Of a DNA stretch of 64,000 nt, positions 1 to 9,447 are shown piece by piece; position 1 is the first letter of the stretch, and each line of letters starts with the position of its first letter. Below the pieces are notes generated by a model. The model made no database searches. It was not told where the DNA came from and saw nothing but the letters and a program-made list of their open reading frames with translations. A program made the position numbers and the translations under genes. The stretch spans positions 64,001-128,000 of the IMG/VR virus record IMGVR_UViG_3300031994_000013. One strand, given 5' to 3'. This DNA comes from a virus (Duplodnaviria > Caudoviricetes).

Positions 1-39
1 TTCATATTTATCGTTTTCATTTAATGTGCGCCAAATCAT
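1..39 (-). CDS. 5' end of intron-encoded putative NUMOD4/HNH homing endonuclease (runs off window)
   Basis: AAGGAGG RBS then MIWRTLNENDKYE, resembling the NUMOD4 N-terminus; lies just after the intron Q element. Confidence 0.55.
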   Translation of the reverse strand, partial: MIWRTLNENDKYE

Positions 40-218
40 TTCATCATTCCTCCTTTTTAAGCTTGGCTGCTGATTGTCCAACCAAAATAATTTTTAAACA
101 TTCACGCTTGCACTCACATACTACGTTGTAGTTTATTTTGGAATAAGGATTTTCCAGCAATTCACGGAATTTTTTGCTCTAGCTTTTTAGGCTACGAGGG
201 GACCTATGGTAAGTTTTA
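1..218 (-). mobile_element. Group I intron (5' part) in major tail protein gene
   Basis: P1 pairing GGGACU/GGUCCC with U-G wobble at 219; P element GAAUUGCUGGAAA and Q element AAUCAGCAGCC on the minus strand; host ORF hits a stop 10 codons into the intron. Confidence 0.8.
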
Positions 219-426
219 AGTCCCAAGATACTAGTTTTGGGTTGCCCCAACCACCAGTAGCATCGGCGGTCTCGGCGGTTGTCTCAATAGTAGATACCTT
301 CAAAGTATCCAAAAATAGTACGATGTCGCCAGCATATACACCAGCAGCCCTATCGTCATCAAGAGCTTCAAAATATACATTAGCAACTTCTTTTATGCCG
401 TACTTATCAAAAATATTAACAGCCAT
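219..426 (-). CDS. Major tail (tube) protein, exon 1
   Basis: YGIKEVANV...LDTLKVSTIE...GGWGNPKLVSWD resembles SPbeta-like tail protein N-termini; follows neck/tail-completion genes. Confidence 0.65.
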
Positions 427-445
427 AAGTTACCTCCAGAATAAA

Positions 446-1225
446 TCATGATTTATCAGAGCTAGCAATTGAACGCATCCAATGCTTGAGCTGATTTTTC
501 TTTAATTTCGCGCCAGCTAAGGCCGCGCGATTGTTTATATCAAACTGGTCACGCCAACCCATTCGTTTTAGTTGGTCATGTACAGCATAATATGTAATAT
601 TCCAAATGTTTTCCATATTTAAACCGCAATTATTAATTGTTATACTTGCAATTAAGTCAGAAAATTTTAAATCATTCTTTTCTTGTGCGGCTTTCTTTGC
701 TTTAGCTTTTTTTACTTTTTCACGGTTTAAAAGCATTTTTTTCTTTAAAGCAACTACCGTAGGTGAATCATCAGGATTAATAGTAATTTCTTCACCCTCT
801 TGTTCAATAAAACACATACGTCGTAAAATTTTTTGGAAATCATAAAATTTTTCTTCATTCATAATGTGTTTTTCACTAGACGGACCTATAATAATTTGTG
901 CGGGTTCTAAAGAAAAAATTACATTTTCATGTGTAAAAAACAAAAAAGCTTCTTTTAATAATATATGTATTTGCGAATCACAACTAGCTAATAAAAGTAT
1001 ATATTGAAAACTAGACATTTTACTAAGCATTTCATTCAATTCTTTGTCTTGAAGATGTTGTGTTAAAGGAGTAGTAAGCGTTAATAATTCTAAATATTGT
1101 TGAAATTTAGAATAGCCAATATCAACAATTTCTCCCATTTTACTAGGATAAATCGCACAAATATCATCAAGTAAAATCGGAGTCCCTCGAAGAAATTTTA
1201 ACGTCTCGTCATCAGTTAAATTCAT
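446..1225 (-). CDS. Virion morphogenesis protein (neck/tail region), function unknown
   Basis: 259 aa ORF coupled to neighbours in the structural operon. Confidence 0.6.
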   Translation of the reverse strand: MNLTDDETLKFLRGTPILLDDICAIYPSKMGEIVDIGYSKFQQYLELLTLTTPLTQHLQDKELNEMLSKMSSFQYILLLASCDSQIHILLKEAFLFFTHENVIFSLEPAQIIIGPSSEKHIMNEEKFYDFQKILRRMCFIEQEGEEITINPDDSPTVVALKKKMLLNREKVKKAKAKKAAQEKNDLKFSDLIASITINNCGLNMENIWNITYYAVHDQLKRMGWRDQFDINNRAALAGAKLKKNQLKHWMRSIASSDKS

Positions 1226-1727
1226 TAATTTTATACCTCATTGAATATCCACCAATCCATGGAGATAGAGTCAGATTGTCTGCTCTCCAGAATTGTAAAG
1301 TGCCAATACCAGCCATTTTGCTCTCATTAAACATTGTATCAATCTCTTGCATAATTAAATACGGTCTTAAAGTTTTATCATTTAAAATCCATTCATCATA
1401 GGGACAAGCTATATCAAAACGGACTGTTGAAACTTTAAATTCCGGATTAAATTGATTTACTACAAAGTCGTCAAAAATAGCAGTGATATATGACATTTTT
1501 TCGGTGGAATCATCAAAAATTTTAGGTACGATTAAAATTTGTTTGTTAATTAAATCTACTCCATCTACATCTGGTTGAGGTTTCCCATTTTCTTCAAGTG
1601 AGAATGGATTCTTAGTTTGATATTTCAATAATCTACAAATAGTTTGATTCTGCATTATTTTATTAGCTATTTTAAAAGTATTGGTGCCCATTACAGCAAA
1701 GCGACGTTGCGTAGGTTTCTCAGCCAT
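1212..1727 (-). CDS. Putative tail completion/terminator protein
   Basis: Size and position between head-closure and tail genes; GAGGTG RBS before MAEKP. Confidence 0.5.
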   Translation of the reverse strand: MAEKPTQRRFAVMGTNTFKIANKIMQNQTICRLLKYQTKNPFSLEENGKPQPDVDGVDLINKQILIVPKIFDDSTEKMSYITAIFDDFVVNQFNPEFKVSTVRFDIACPYDEWILNDKTLRPYLIMQEIDTMFNESKMAGIGTLQFWRADNLTLSPWIGGYSMRYKINEFN

Positions 1728-1737
1728 TCTTTTCACC

Positions 1738-2940
1738 TCACCATAATGGAATTACTTGAATATTTTTTGTATATGTAACATTTTTATAAGTGGCCGATAA
1801 TGTAAAAGAACCAAGCCGATTTAAATCATTTGCACGAATTTCACATTTATTATTACTAATATTTACAATTGAAGCCAAATTACTATCAATCGTAAATATA
1901 ACTTCCTCTTCATTCAAGTCTGTAGTTCCAACTAATTCGTATTTCTCTATTCTATCTAGCCTAATTGTGGCCGCGCCTGATAGATAAGCCGAAAAAGCGG
2001 TATCTTCCTCATCTTTTACTACTATAAATAAATCTTTTTGAATTTGAGGAAATTGTATTGATTGCACTATTATTTTAACTTCTCCGGTATGAACTGCCGT
2101 AAGCCTATTATTAACTTCTGTTACTATACTTCTATCAGTTGATAACAATTTAACGTCTAGACTAATAGGTATGCCATTCTTGGTTAAATTAAAGGCTGGC
2201 GTAATAATGTCCCCCACTTTAAATACCTGTTTTTCTTCGGGGACCACCAATTCATATTGTGCCATTTTATCAGTATCGGCTATATCTTTCTCTAAATCGT
2301 CATAAATCAAATTAACTTTATTCTCTGTTAATGAAAGATATATAATACCAGGAACGCTAGTATGGTCATATTCTACTATAGACCAAGACTCTTGCTCTAT
2401 AATAAAATTAGTAGAGCGCTCTATAGGATAACGTGGCATTAAAATTTCTGCATACTTATTTGGCTGTGGAGTTATCAAGGAATTCCAAGTTCTAAAATTA
2501 CCTTTAATCTTATCATCGGTAGAACTTACTACATAAGCCCAGCTTTGTTGTAAATGCCCAAGCTTATCTATCCATTTTAGTAAATAATTACATTTAACAA
2601 TCCAAAAAGTTCGATATGTGCCATTTACCTTATGCGTTTCTTGAAAAATAATCCATTTTTCTATATTACCATTATCTTGGCGCCAATTAATAATATCTCC
2701 AATAACTAGCGGAATAGTATTAGCAACATTTAAAAACATGATTTTTTGATATTCTTTATCTTTATTAGTTAAAATAATAGCATCAAAATAAATCTGTCTA
2801 TCAGCATATAAACGTCTCACTGTATGAGGAGATTCAGCAAGCCATTTCTCAAAAGAACGAATTCCGCCTTGTCGGATTCGCTCTGCGGTTGTGTTCCCCA
2901 AATGATTAATGCGGGAATAAAAAACATCACGATAATTCAT
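1738..2940 (-). CDS. Putative head-closure/neck protein with C-terminal Ig-like domains
   Basis: 400 aa; position in operon; C-terminal beta-rich repeats (STDRSIVTEV..., SNLASIV...). Confidence 0.5.
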   Translation of the reverse strand: MNYRDVFYSRINHLGNTTAERIRQGGIRSFEKWLAESPHTVRRLYADRQIYFDAIILTNKDKEYQKIMFLNVANTIPLVIGDIINWRQDNGNIEKWIIFQETHKVNGTYRTFWIVKCNYLLKWIDKLGHLQQSWAYVVSSTDDKIKGNFRTWNSLITPQPNKYAEILMPRYPIERSTNFIIEQESWSIVEYDHTSVPGIIYLSLTENKVNLIYDDLEKDIADTDKMAQYELVVPEEKQVFKVGDIITPAFNLTKNGIPISLDVKLLSTDRSIVTEVNNRLTAVHTGEVKIIVQSIQFPQIQKDLFIVVKDEEDTAFSAYLSGAATIRLDRIEKYELVGTTDLNEEEVIFTIDSNLASIVNISNNKCEIRANDLNRLGSFTLSATYKNVTYTKNIQVIPLW

Positions 2941-3202
2941 AAGGAGCCTCTAAATTATCTATTAAGTGCATACATTCAAAAATGGTTTTTCTAAAATAAT
3001 CATAAGATAAAAATCTTATCTCAGACAATTTTCCAATTAAAGAATACCAATTAATTGAATTAGCCTTTAATCCATACATCTCAATTAAGAGCGAATCTAA
3101 AAATTTTTCCCATTCACCATTTTTTTCTTTTTCGCATAGCAAACCATATAAGCGACCTTTTAATTTATTCTTATAGCCTTCAAAAACAGGTTCGTTAAAC
3201 AT
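2927..3202 (-). CDS. Hypothetical structural-operon protein
   Basis: Start MFNEP overlaps the upstream stop. Confidence 0.55.
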   Translation of the reverse strand: MFNEPVFEGYKNKLKGRLYGLLCEKEKNGEWEKFLDSLLIEMYGLKANSINWYSLIGKLSEIRFLSYDYFRKTIFECMHLIDNLEAPYELS

Positions 3203-3641
3203 TTTTACCTGCCAACTTTTTAAATAAATCCGAAGGACGCTTTCCTCTAGACTTATCATAAATTCCTTCAGCACGATGAACTTCTAATTCCACCGCAGAC
3301 TGAAGTTCATTTAATTTACTTAAATGGTTTGCTTCACTAAAATCTTTATCGGCGTATAATGGTCTTATATGCTCCCAACTTGCAATACAGCGTTTAATCC
3401 ATTCATGCTTCATATATAAAGCTAACAATTGAATTTCATCATTCGTTAAATCATTATTAAATTGAGAAGTTTCTTCATTCATCTCTAATTTAACTCGTGG
3501 ATATTTAAATCTGAAAATGGCCATTTTTAGTAGTTCTCTCCAGTCCCGCTCCACTATGGCAAGTTCTTCTTCTAATGTCCATTCGTCTGCGGTTATACGC
3601 GCCAAAAAGGCATCATAAACCTGTAAAAATGGAGTAGCCAT
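3195..3641 (-). CDS. Putative head-tail adaptor
   Basis: 148 aa starting MATPFLQVYDAFL; usual adaptor position two genes after the capsid gene. Confidence 0.55.
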   Translation of the reverse strand: MATPFLQVYDAFLARITADEWTLEEELAIVERDWRELLKMAIFRFKYPRVKLEMNEETSQFNNDLTNDEIQLLALYMKHEWIKRCIASWEHIRPLYADKDFSEANHLSKLNELQSAVELEVHRAEGIYDKSRGKRPSDLFKKLAGKNV

Positions 3642-4072
3642 TATTCCTCTGCCTGATATTGCGCGTGAATTGCTTCCATCACATCAAAATCGCAATATTT
3701 TTTAATTAAAGAAACGATTGCATTATTGGTGACCTTTTTTTGCACCGCTAATTGCACAACCGTATCTTTCTCCCCAGGAGCGGCTGTAGGAATAAATTTA
3801 GCAAAAGCAGTAATATCTTGATTATCAAGCATTTTTGCTATTGCCGAACTATCAAAAAACTTGGTATTACATTCATTATCATCAGGCCCAATAACTTGCA
3901 AATAATGCTCATTTATCATACTTAAGAAACCGGGATCAAAGGCCATTTCTTCATACATTTCCTTATCAACCGTCAAGGAGCGCCCCGGAACAAGTTCGCG
4001 CCTGAACTTTAAATCTTCAAATGATAGAATAATATTTGCAGTACCAATATTTTTAATTACAATCTTTTCCAT
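3641..4072 (-). CDS. Hypothetical protein downstream of capsid gene
   Basis: AAGGAGG RBS before MEKIVIK. Confidence 0.6.
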   Translation of the reverse strand: MEKIVIKNIGTANIILSFEDLKFRRELVPGRSLTVDKEMYEEMAFDPGFLSMINEHYLQVIGPDDNECNTKFFDSSAIAKMLDNQDITAFAKFIPTAAPGEKDTVVQLAVQKKVTNNAIVSLIKKYCDFDVMEAIHAQYQAEE

Positions 4073-4130
4073 AAAATCCTCCTTTATCTCCATCGTGGGG
4101 CTGCAACGCAGCCCCACATTATATTACAAA

Positions 4131-5210
4131 TTACGCATTTAGCGCACTATTATAAGCCGCCCAACCGCTATCAACGTCAAGAGCTTTATTATAATAAATA
4201 CCCCAATAGTTAGGAGTGGATACAATTGCTAGACCTACTTTAGTATATGCCTGCAATGCAATAGAATTGTCGCCCTCATGGTCATCCCACTCACGGAAAT
4301 AAGAACCGCCCTCAAATACCAATTTAATGAGCTTCTCTTTGCCAGTAGGAATTACATACGCAAAGGAAGGATTCATGGCCAACTTGCTATTTGTTTCATC
4401 AGTAAAGGACTGCGGTAAAACAATAACTGGAGTGCCATAGAATACGCCAATATAACCACGGTTGCGTACTTCTGCCATATCCTGGTCAGAAATCTTAATG
4501 GCAGTCTGATATACAATAGCATTAGTCATTTCTGCAGCGAACTCAGGAGAGCAATAAATAGCAGGAGTGCCATAAGCAGCTACAGTAGAACAAAGCTTAC
4601 GCATAGCAGCCGCATCAAAAGTATTGGTTACAACCTTATTGCGGGCGGGACGACCAGTCGCATTCCAAGTAGAAAGTAGTGCTTCCTGCACCATTTCAAA
4701 AATACGCTCGGTCATGCCCTCAGTAATTACTTCATAAATATCAGTAATATTTTCAATACCATCAAGATAACGCTCAAAATCTACATAGCCGGCGCCACCA
4801 ATGGCCTGAATATAAACATCAAAACGGTCACGATCAAGACGGAAAGTCTCATAATTACCAGAAGGTGTAGCACGAGTTACAAACTGGCGACCGCGCTGCT
4901 TGCCGCGAGTTACACGGAATCCAGGATGGTCACCTTGTGGTACGCGTACAATTTCAGTAAAGAAGTCAAGAGCGGCACCAACGCTACGTGGTAAAACTTC
5001 ATCAAGATTTTGCTCAAGAACTTCAAAAAGATCAACCTTATTACGACGATACTTAGAACGACTTAACTTACCCTTATCGTCGCAAAGAAGCTTAACTAGC
5101 TCATCATGGAGAGCAGCTTCATAATCGTAATCGGCGGCTGCGAACTCAGCAGGAACTTTACGACCGAATACGCCATTCATTAGAATTTGTAGATTATTCA
5201 TAGTTCGCAC
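4131..5210 (-). CDS. Major capsid protein
   Basis: 359 aa, biased codon usage, order portal-protease-decoration-capsid; C-terminal GYIGVFYGTPVIVLPQ resembles the HK97-fold capsid motif. Confidence 0.8.
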   Translation of the reverse strand: MRTMNNLQILMNGVFGRKVPAEFAAADYDYEAALHDELVKLLCDDKGKLSRSKYRRNKVDLFEVLEQNLDEVLPRSVGAALDFFTEIVRVPQGDHPGFRVTRGKQRGRQFVTRATPSGNYETFRLDRDRFDVYIQAIGGAGYVDFERYLDGIENITDIYEVITEGMTERIFEMVQEALLSTWNATGRPARNKVVTNTFDAAAMRKLCSTVAAYGTPAIYCSPEFAAEMTNAIVYQTAIKISDQDMAEVRNRGYIGVFYGTPVIVLPQSFTDETNSKLAMNPSFAYVIPTGKEKLIKLVFEGGSYFREWDDHEGDNSIALQAYTKVGLAIVSTPNYWGIYYNKALDVDSGWAAYNSALNA

Positions 5211-5216
5211 CTCCTA

Positions 5217-5777
5217 TTAATTTCCTAGAGAAACAATCTGATACTTAACGCCCTTCTCGCCGTTAGGTACAGTATAATATTTAGTAACAACGCCATAGAA
5301 TGTACCAGCATTTGGCTTAGTAGCAGTTAGCTGTGGTACAGGAGAGCCCTGTACTGGAACAACATATACAGGAGTTGTATTCGCAGCCTTCAAAACAGTT
5401 TCTAGGGCAGCGAAAGTGGCATAAGTGGTCTCATCATACTGTAAGCAATTTGTGGTAACGGTATCGCCAAGACCAAAGATGCCTACACGAGGATAAGTGC
5501 CTTTATAATTACTCATACTATAATTCTTTAGGCCAACGTTATAAGAATCATACTCTTTCTCGGTGGTATATACAATACCAATAGGAGAATGCTTGTTAGC
5601 AGAAGGTGCATTTAGCGCACCGGCGGACTTGTCAGCAACTACCCACATGCCATTCTCGCAAGGAATGTTATTAAAATCACTACCTAGGGGAGTCTGTGAC
5701 ACGACCATACCAGTCTTAGGGAAAGCTACTTGATTTAGCTCTAGACTGGCGTATTTTTCAACAGGAAATCGAGTCAT
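5217..5777 (-). CDS. Putative capsid decoration/stabilising protein
   Basis: 186 aa beta-rich ORF immediately upstream of the capsid gene. Confidence 0.55.
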   Translation of the reverse strand: MTRFPVEKYASLELNQVAFPKTGMVVSQTPLGSDFNNIPCENGMWVVADKSAGALNAPSANKHSPIGIVYTTEKEYDSYNVGLKNYSMSNYKGTYPRVGIFGLGDTVTTNCLQYDETTYATFAALETVLKAANTTPVYVVPVQGSPVPQLTATKPNAGTFYGVVTKYYTVPNGEKGVKYQIVSLGN

Positions 5778-5792
5778 ATTATTATTCCTCCA

Positions 5793-6989
5793 TTATTTTT
5801 TATACTTTTTCATAAGCAAAGCGAATGGTGATTCTTGCGGTTCTGGTAGAGGTACTTTGTCACTTTCTTCCCCGCGAGCAAATTGTTTATTTGCATAAAG
5901 AACAGCCAATTTGCCTTCTAATGCTTCGTAAGAAAAGTCACTTATCTTTCCTTTAATAGCGGCAATCTCTTCAGAATCGTTAAGAATTTTTTCATATTTT
6001 TCAATCAAGAGATTTTTCTTTTCAAGCATGGCTTGTGCTGCGGCTACTTCATAATTATGTACAGTAGCTTGTAATTGCGTGTTAGTATTGCGTAGCTCTT
6101 CATTTTCTGCTTGAAACTGATGAAGCTGTTCAACAGCCTCTTCATATTTTGTTTGTAATTCATTAAATTTATTTTGAAGTTCTTCAAACTCAGAGATGCT
6201 ATCATTAGACTCAGGCTCGGTCTCAGTCTCAGCTTGTTCTACATTCTCCTCTGACTTTTCTTCAAAATTTTCAGTTACAGAAGATTCAATATTTTCATTT
6301 TCCTCAACCGTAACTTCTTTATTTTCTAGCTCATCCATAGAAGAAGTTCCTCCATTTTCTATTTTTTCTACTTGCGCCTTTGCTTCTGCAAGTAAAGAAG
6401 CAAATTTTTGACTTTGTGACTCATAAGTCTCATCTTTTAGGGCGAAGAAAGAAGAAACGGAGAAACAAGGCTCATGAGAACCTATTACACAAAGCCCCTG
6501 TATCGCGGCTTTGGTATAAACAAAATACTCATTGTCTTCAATCGTTGCCCACGTTCCATCAATAGAATTAACATCTAATTCCATTGATTGATTTTGTCCA
6601 ACAATAAGATTAGCTGCTTCAAAATATTTAGTAAATAATATTACTGTAAAAATAGCATAATCCCGTTCTATTCCATCGGTGTCTGTAAGTGGCCGCCACC
6701 CTTCAAAAGATTTGACATATCCATATCCATTAGCTAAAGAAGGCCCAGTATGCCCGGCCCATGTTTTAGTTTCTGGGTCAAAAAAGCCAACTACAGGAGT
6801 ATTACCTTCTATTGCGCTATTAATTAGCATTTCCGCAACTTGGTCTGTAATATAAGAACCATTACGATTCCCATATTTAGTAAATACGCCCACCTGGACC
6901 TTTCCAATATTAGGAGTAGATTCAGAGACAGACTCTAGCGGAGAAGCAATAATAACATTATCAAAATAAATTGGAATTTTCTTTTCCAT
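5793..6989 (-). CDS. Prohead protease/scaffold protein
   Basis: NRNGSYI and QSMEL motifs followed by an acidic coiled-coil scaffold region. Confidence 0.7.
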   Translation of the reverse strand: MEKKIPIYFDNVIIASPLESVSESTPNIGKVQVGVFTKYGNRNGSYITDQVAEMLINSAIEGNTPVVGFFDPETKTWAGHTGPSLANGYGYVKSFEGWRPLTDTDGIERDYAIFTVILFTKYFEAANLIVGQNQSMELDVNSIDGTWATIEDNEYFVYTKAAIQGLCVIGSHEPCFSVSSFFALKDETYESQSQKFASLLAEAKAQVEKIENGGTSSMDELENKEVTVEENENIESSVTENFEEKSEENVEQAETETEPESNDSISEFEELQNKFNELQTKYEEAVEQLHQFQAENEELRNTNTQLQATVHNYEVAAAQAMLEKKNLLIEKYEKILNDSEEIAAIKGKISDFSYEALEGKLAVLYANKQFARGEESDKVPLPEPQESPFALLMKKYKK

Positions 6990-7003
6990 AGTATATCTGC
7001 TCC

Positions 7004-8545
7004 TTATCCTTGAGAATCTATATTTGATTGAGTTTTTTCAGATTTTTGCTCATCTGGAAGTGCAGGTCTCCCGCCTTCATTAGTAATGTCCGTTGTAGTC
7101 TGAGAAGTTGTGGTATTTTCTCCAGTTTTTTTCGATTCTTCTGTTACAGTTTTTCCAGAAGTAGTATAAGAAGATTGCAATGGTATCATATTTTCTGCCA
7201 TTTTTAAGAAATTATTTTCAAAATTCATAAGACTCAACTGACTCATTTGTTTAATACCCATAGCTACGCCCGCAAACATTTTTGAGTATCCATATTGGGC
7301 TCCTCTAAAATATGCTTGTTGCATATCTGTTCTATTAAAGACTGTGGTTGATAAAATTTCAAAATCAAAAGTTAAAGTCTTTTTTGCAAAGCGTTTGTTT
7401 AATAAAAACTTAATCCATGTTTCATAAACATTTAAATAACTTAGCATCAGCGTTTCATCTTTTTTGATACTATAGGCAAGTGAAGAGCTATTAGTTGCGT
7501 TAAATAATACCTCCCCTCTGCCAAGGGCATCCCAAACATTTTTACGATATTTTTCTAATCTATCAGTGGATTGTGATGCGGCGGAAGAATCTTGTAAATT
7601 TTCAAGCGTTGTATCGCCAAAAGTAGTTAAAACTTCAACAGTATCTTCATCTTTAAGCATTTCTGCCACAGATTCATGTATATCGGCTACTTCTTCTAAT
7701 TGGAAAACTAATTCTCCATTGCTGTCTATTGGCATTTTTTGAATTAATAACTTGTATAATTCATTTTCATCACGAGTTTCTTCTCGTTTAGTGGCATCGT
7801 CTAATTTCTTTAATTCAGGAATACTAGCAATCAATAATGGCATTTGGTCTGTCGCAAAACTAAAACTAATGCCCCCGTCTTCCGGACTTATAATAACCCA
7901 GCAATCTTTACTAGTCTTATTTTTCCATTCACGCCAGCCTTGTTGTACGACCTTGGGAAAGGTTGATAAAACTTCTTTTCTTAGTTGTTCATCTTTAAAA
8001 TGTTCAAAATAATGTAAATCAAACTCTAAAATATTTAAATCATTAAAATCCTTAAAACGAGAACGGCAATATTCCAAAGGCAAATCTTGTATAACAATTT
8101 TGTTATCGGTTTCGCGCAGGATTCCATTATAAACACCCACTAATAGCCATTCAGTTGTTATATGCGCCAATACATTTGGACAATCTAACATATCTACAAA
8201 TTTACATGCTGTATAGAAGGCTTTAATAATTTTAGACTCGCTACCTTTTCCTTCTTCAAAGACGGGAATTATTACAGTATCATACAATGGTAGATGCGCC
8301 AAAAAATCTATATTATTTTTATAACTACTATTAGTTCTATAATAATATCTTGATAATTGCCGTATAGACTCCAAATCGCCTTGTCGGATTATATTTAAAA
8401 TTTCTTCTAAACTAAAATCATCTTTTACGCGCTCATTAGAACGATAATTCCATCGATCATAATATGCACGCGTATTAAGCGGCGCCCGCTCTTTCAATTT
8501 TATTTTAAATGAATTAAAATCATGTTTTTGTGACAAATAACTCAC
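7004..8545 (-). CDS. Portal protein
   Basis: 513 aa directly after terminase; C-terminal PLQSSYT...GGRP tail typical of SPbeta-like portals. Confidence 0.75.
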   Translation of the reverse strand: MSYLSQKHDFNSFKIKLKERAPLNTRAYYDRWNYRSNERVKDDFSLEEILNIIRQGDLESIRQLSRYYYRTNSSYKNNIDFLAHLPLYDTVIIPVFEEGKGSESKIIKAFYTACKFVDMLDCPNVLAHITTEWLLVGVYNGILRETDNKIVIQDLPLEYCRSRFKDFNDLNILEFDLHYFEHFKDEQLRKEVLSTFPKVVQQGWREWKNKTSKDCWVIISPEDGGISFSFATDQMPLLIASIPELKKLDDATKREETRDENELYKLLIQKMPIDSNGELVFQLEEVADIHESVAEMLKDEDTVEVLTTFGDTTLENLQDSSAASQSTDRLEKYRKNVWDALGRGEVLFNATNSSSLAYSIKKDETLMLSYLNVYETWIKFLLNKRFAKKTLTFDFEILSTTVFNRTDMQQAYFRGAQYGYSKMFAGVAMGIKQMSQLSLMNFENNFLKMAENMIPLQSSYTTSGKTVTEESKKTGENTTTSQTTTDITNEGGRPALPDEQKSEKTQSNIDSQG

Positions 8546-9447
8546 CCCCTTTTCTTTGGGCTAAAAAAACCATAATTTTTTAGGTTCCGTTTTTTATGTG
8601 CCTGTATATCCTTATCTTCATAATATTTTGTTCGATAAAGTAGATACTCTAACGCTGAAAATCTATCTTTCTCATAGGAACGAGAAATTCTCTCAACTTT
8701 AAATTGATTTTGTACGCCAGTTGGTTTCAGGCGCAGGTTATTTAATTCATCCATAAGTCGAGATGTCATCTCATATGGCATTAAATATACCCTACGATCA
8801 TAGTTTGTCATTCTTTGTCCCTTTTTCGTAGATAATAGTTTATCTTTTACTATTCGTTCATTTGCCAAAAAAGATACGGAGCCGTTATTTATTTGAGAAA
8901 AGAAGCTAGAATGAATTTCATCATCATTATTCGCGCCTGCTTTAATATCATAAATAATGGCATTAAAAGCCGGCTTTGGCTCAGTTGTTTCTTTTTTTAA
9001 TTGCGGCGGTAAATGGTGGTCATTATTAAATACATAATAAGCCGGAAATTGTTCTCCTGTCTTTGGATCAACAGAAGGTAATACCATAGCATCTAAAAGC
9101 CCAATACCGGGGCCATTTCCATCAATAACTACCTCGCGTGGTTTATATAATTGTATTAACTTCTTTATTCGTGGAGCTTGTTCGACAATATAGTTCGCGC
9201 CATGAATAACTTCTGTATAAATTATATTTTTATGATGGCGATCGGCTTGAGGAATTACTTTAGCAACCATAATTGCAGTATTGGCATTATAACGACCAAT
9301 ATCACAGCTCATTATATAGTAAGTATTTTGATTAACTAAGTTTTCTTGTGCCTTCCTTTCACATTTTAATAATTTTCTACATTTATTTAAACGACGCGAG
9401 TCTAGCCAAGCTTCTTTATTGTTGCCTGACCAGATACTGAGACTTTC
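8542..9447 (-). CDS. terL: Terminase large subunit, exon 2 (nuclease domain)
   Basis: YIMSCDIGR, VIDGNGPGIG and KDRFSA RNase H-like motifs; joins exon 1 in frame after intron removal. Confidence 0.85.
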   Translation of the reverse strand, partial: ESLSIWSGNNKEAWLDSRRLNKCRKLLKCERKAQENLVNQNTYYIMSCDIGRYNANTAIMVAKVIPQADRHHKNIIYTEVIHGANYIVEQAPRIKKLIQLYKPREVVIDGNGPGIGLLDAMVLPSVDPKTGEQFPAYYVFNNDHHLPPQLKKETTEPKPAFNAIIYDIKAGANNDDEIHSSFFSQINNGSVSFLANERIVKDKLLSTKKGQRMTNYDRRVYLMPYEMTSRLMDELNNLRLKPTGVQNQFKVERISRSYEKDRFSALEYLLYRTKYYEDKDIQAHKKRNLKNYGFFSPKKRG

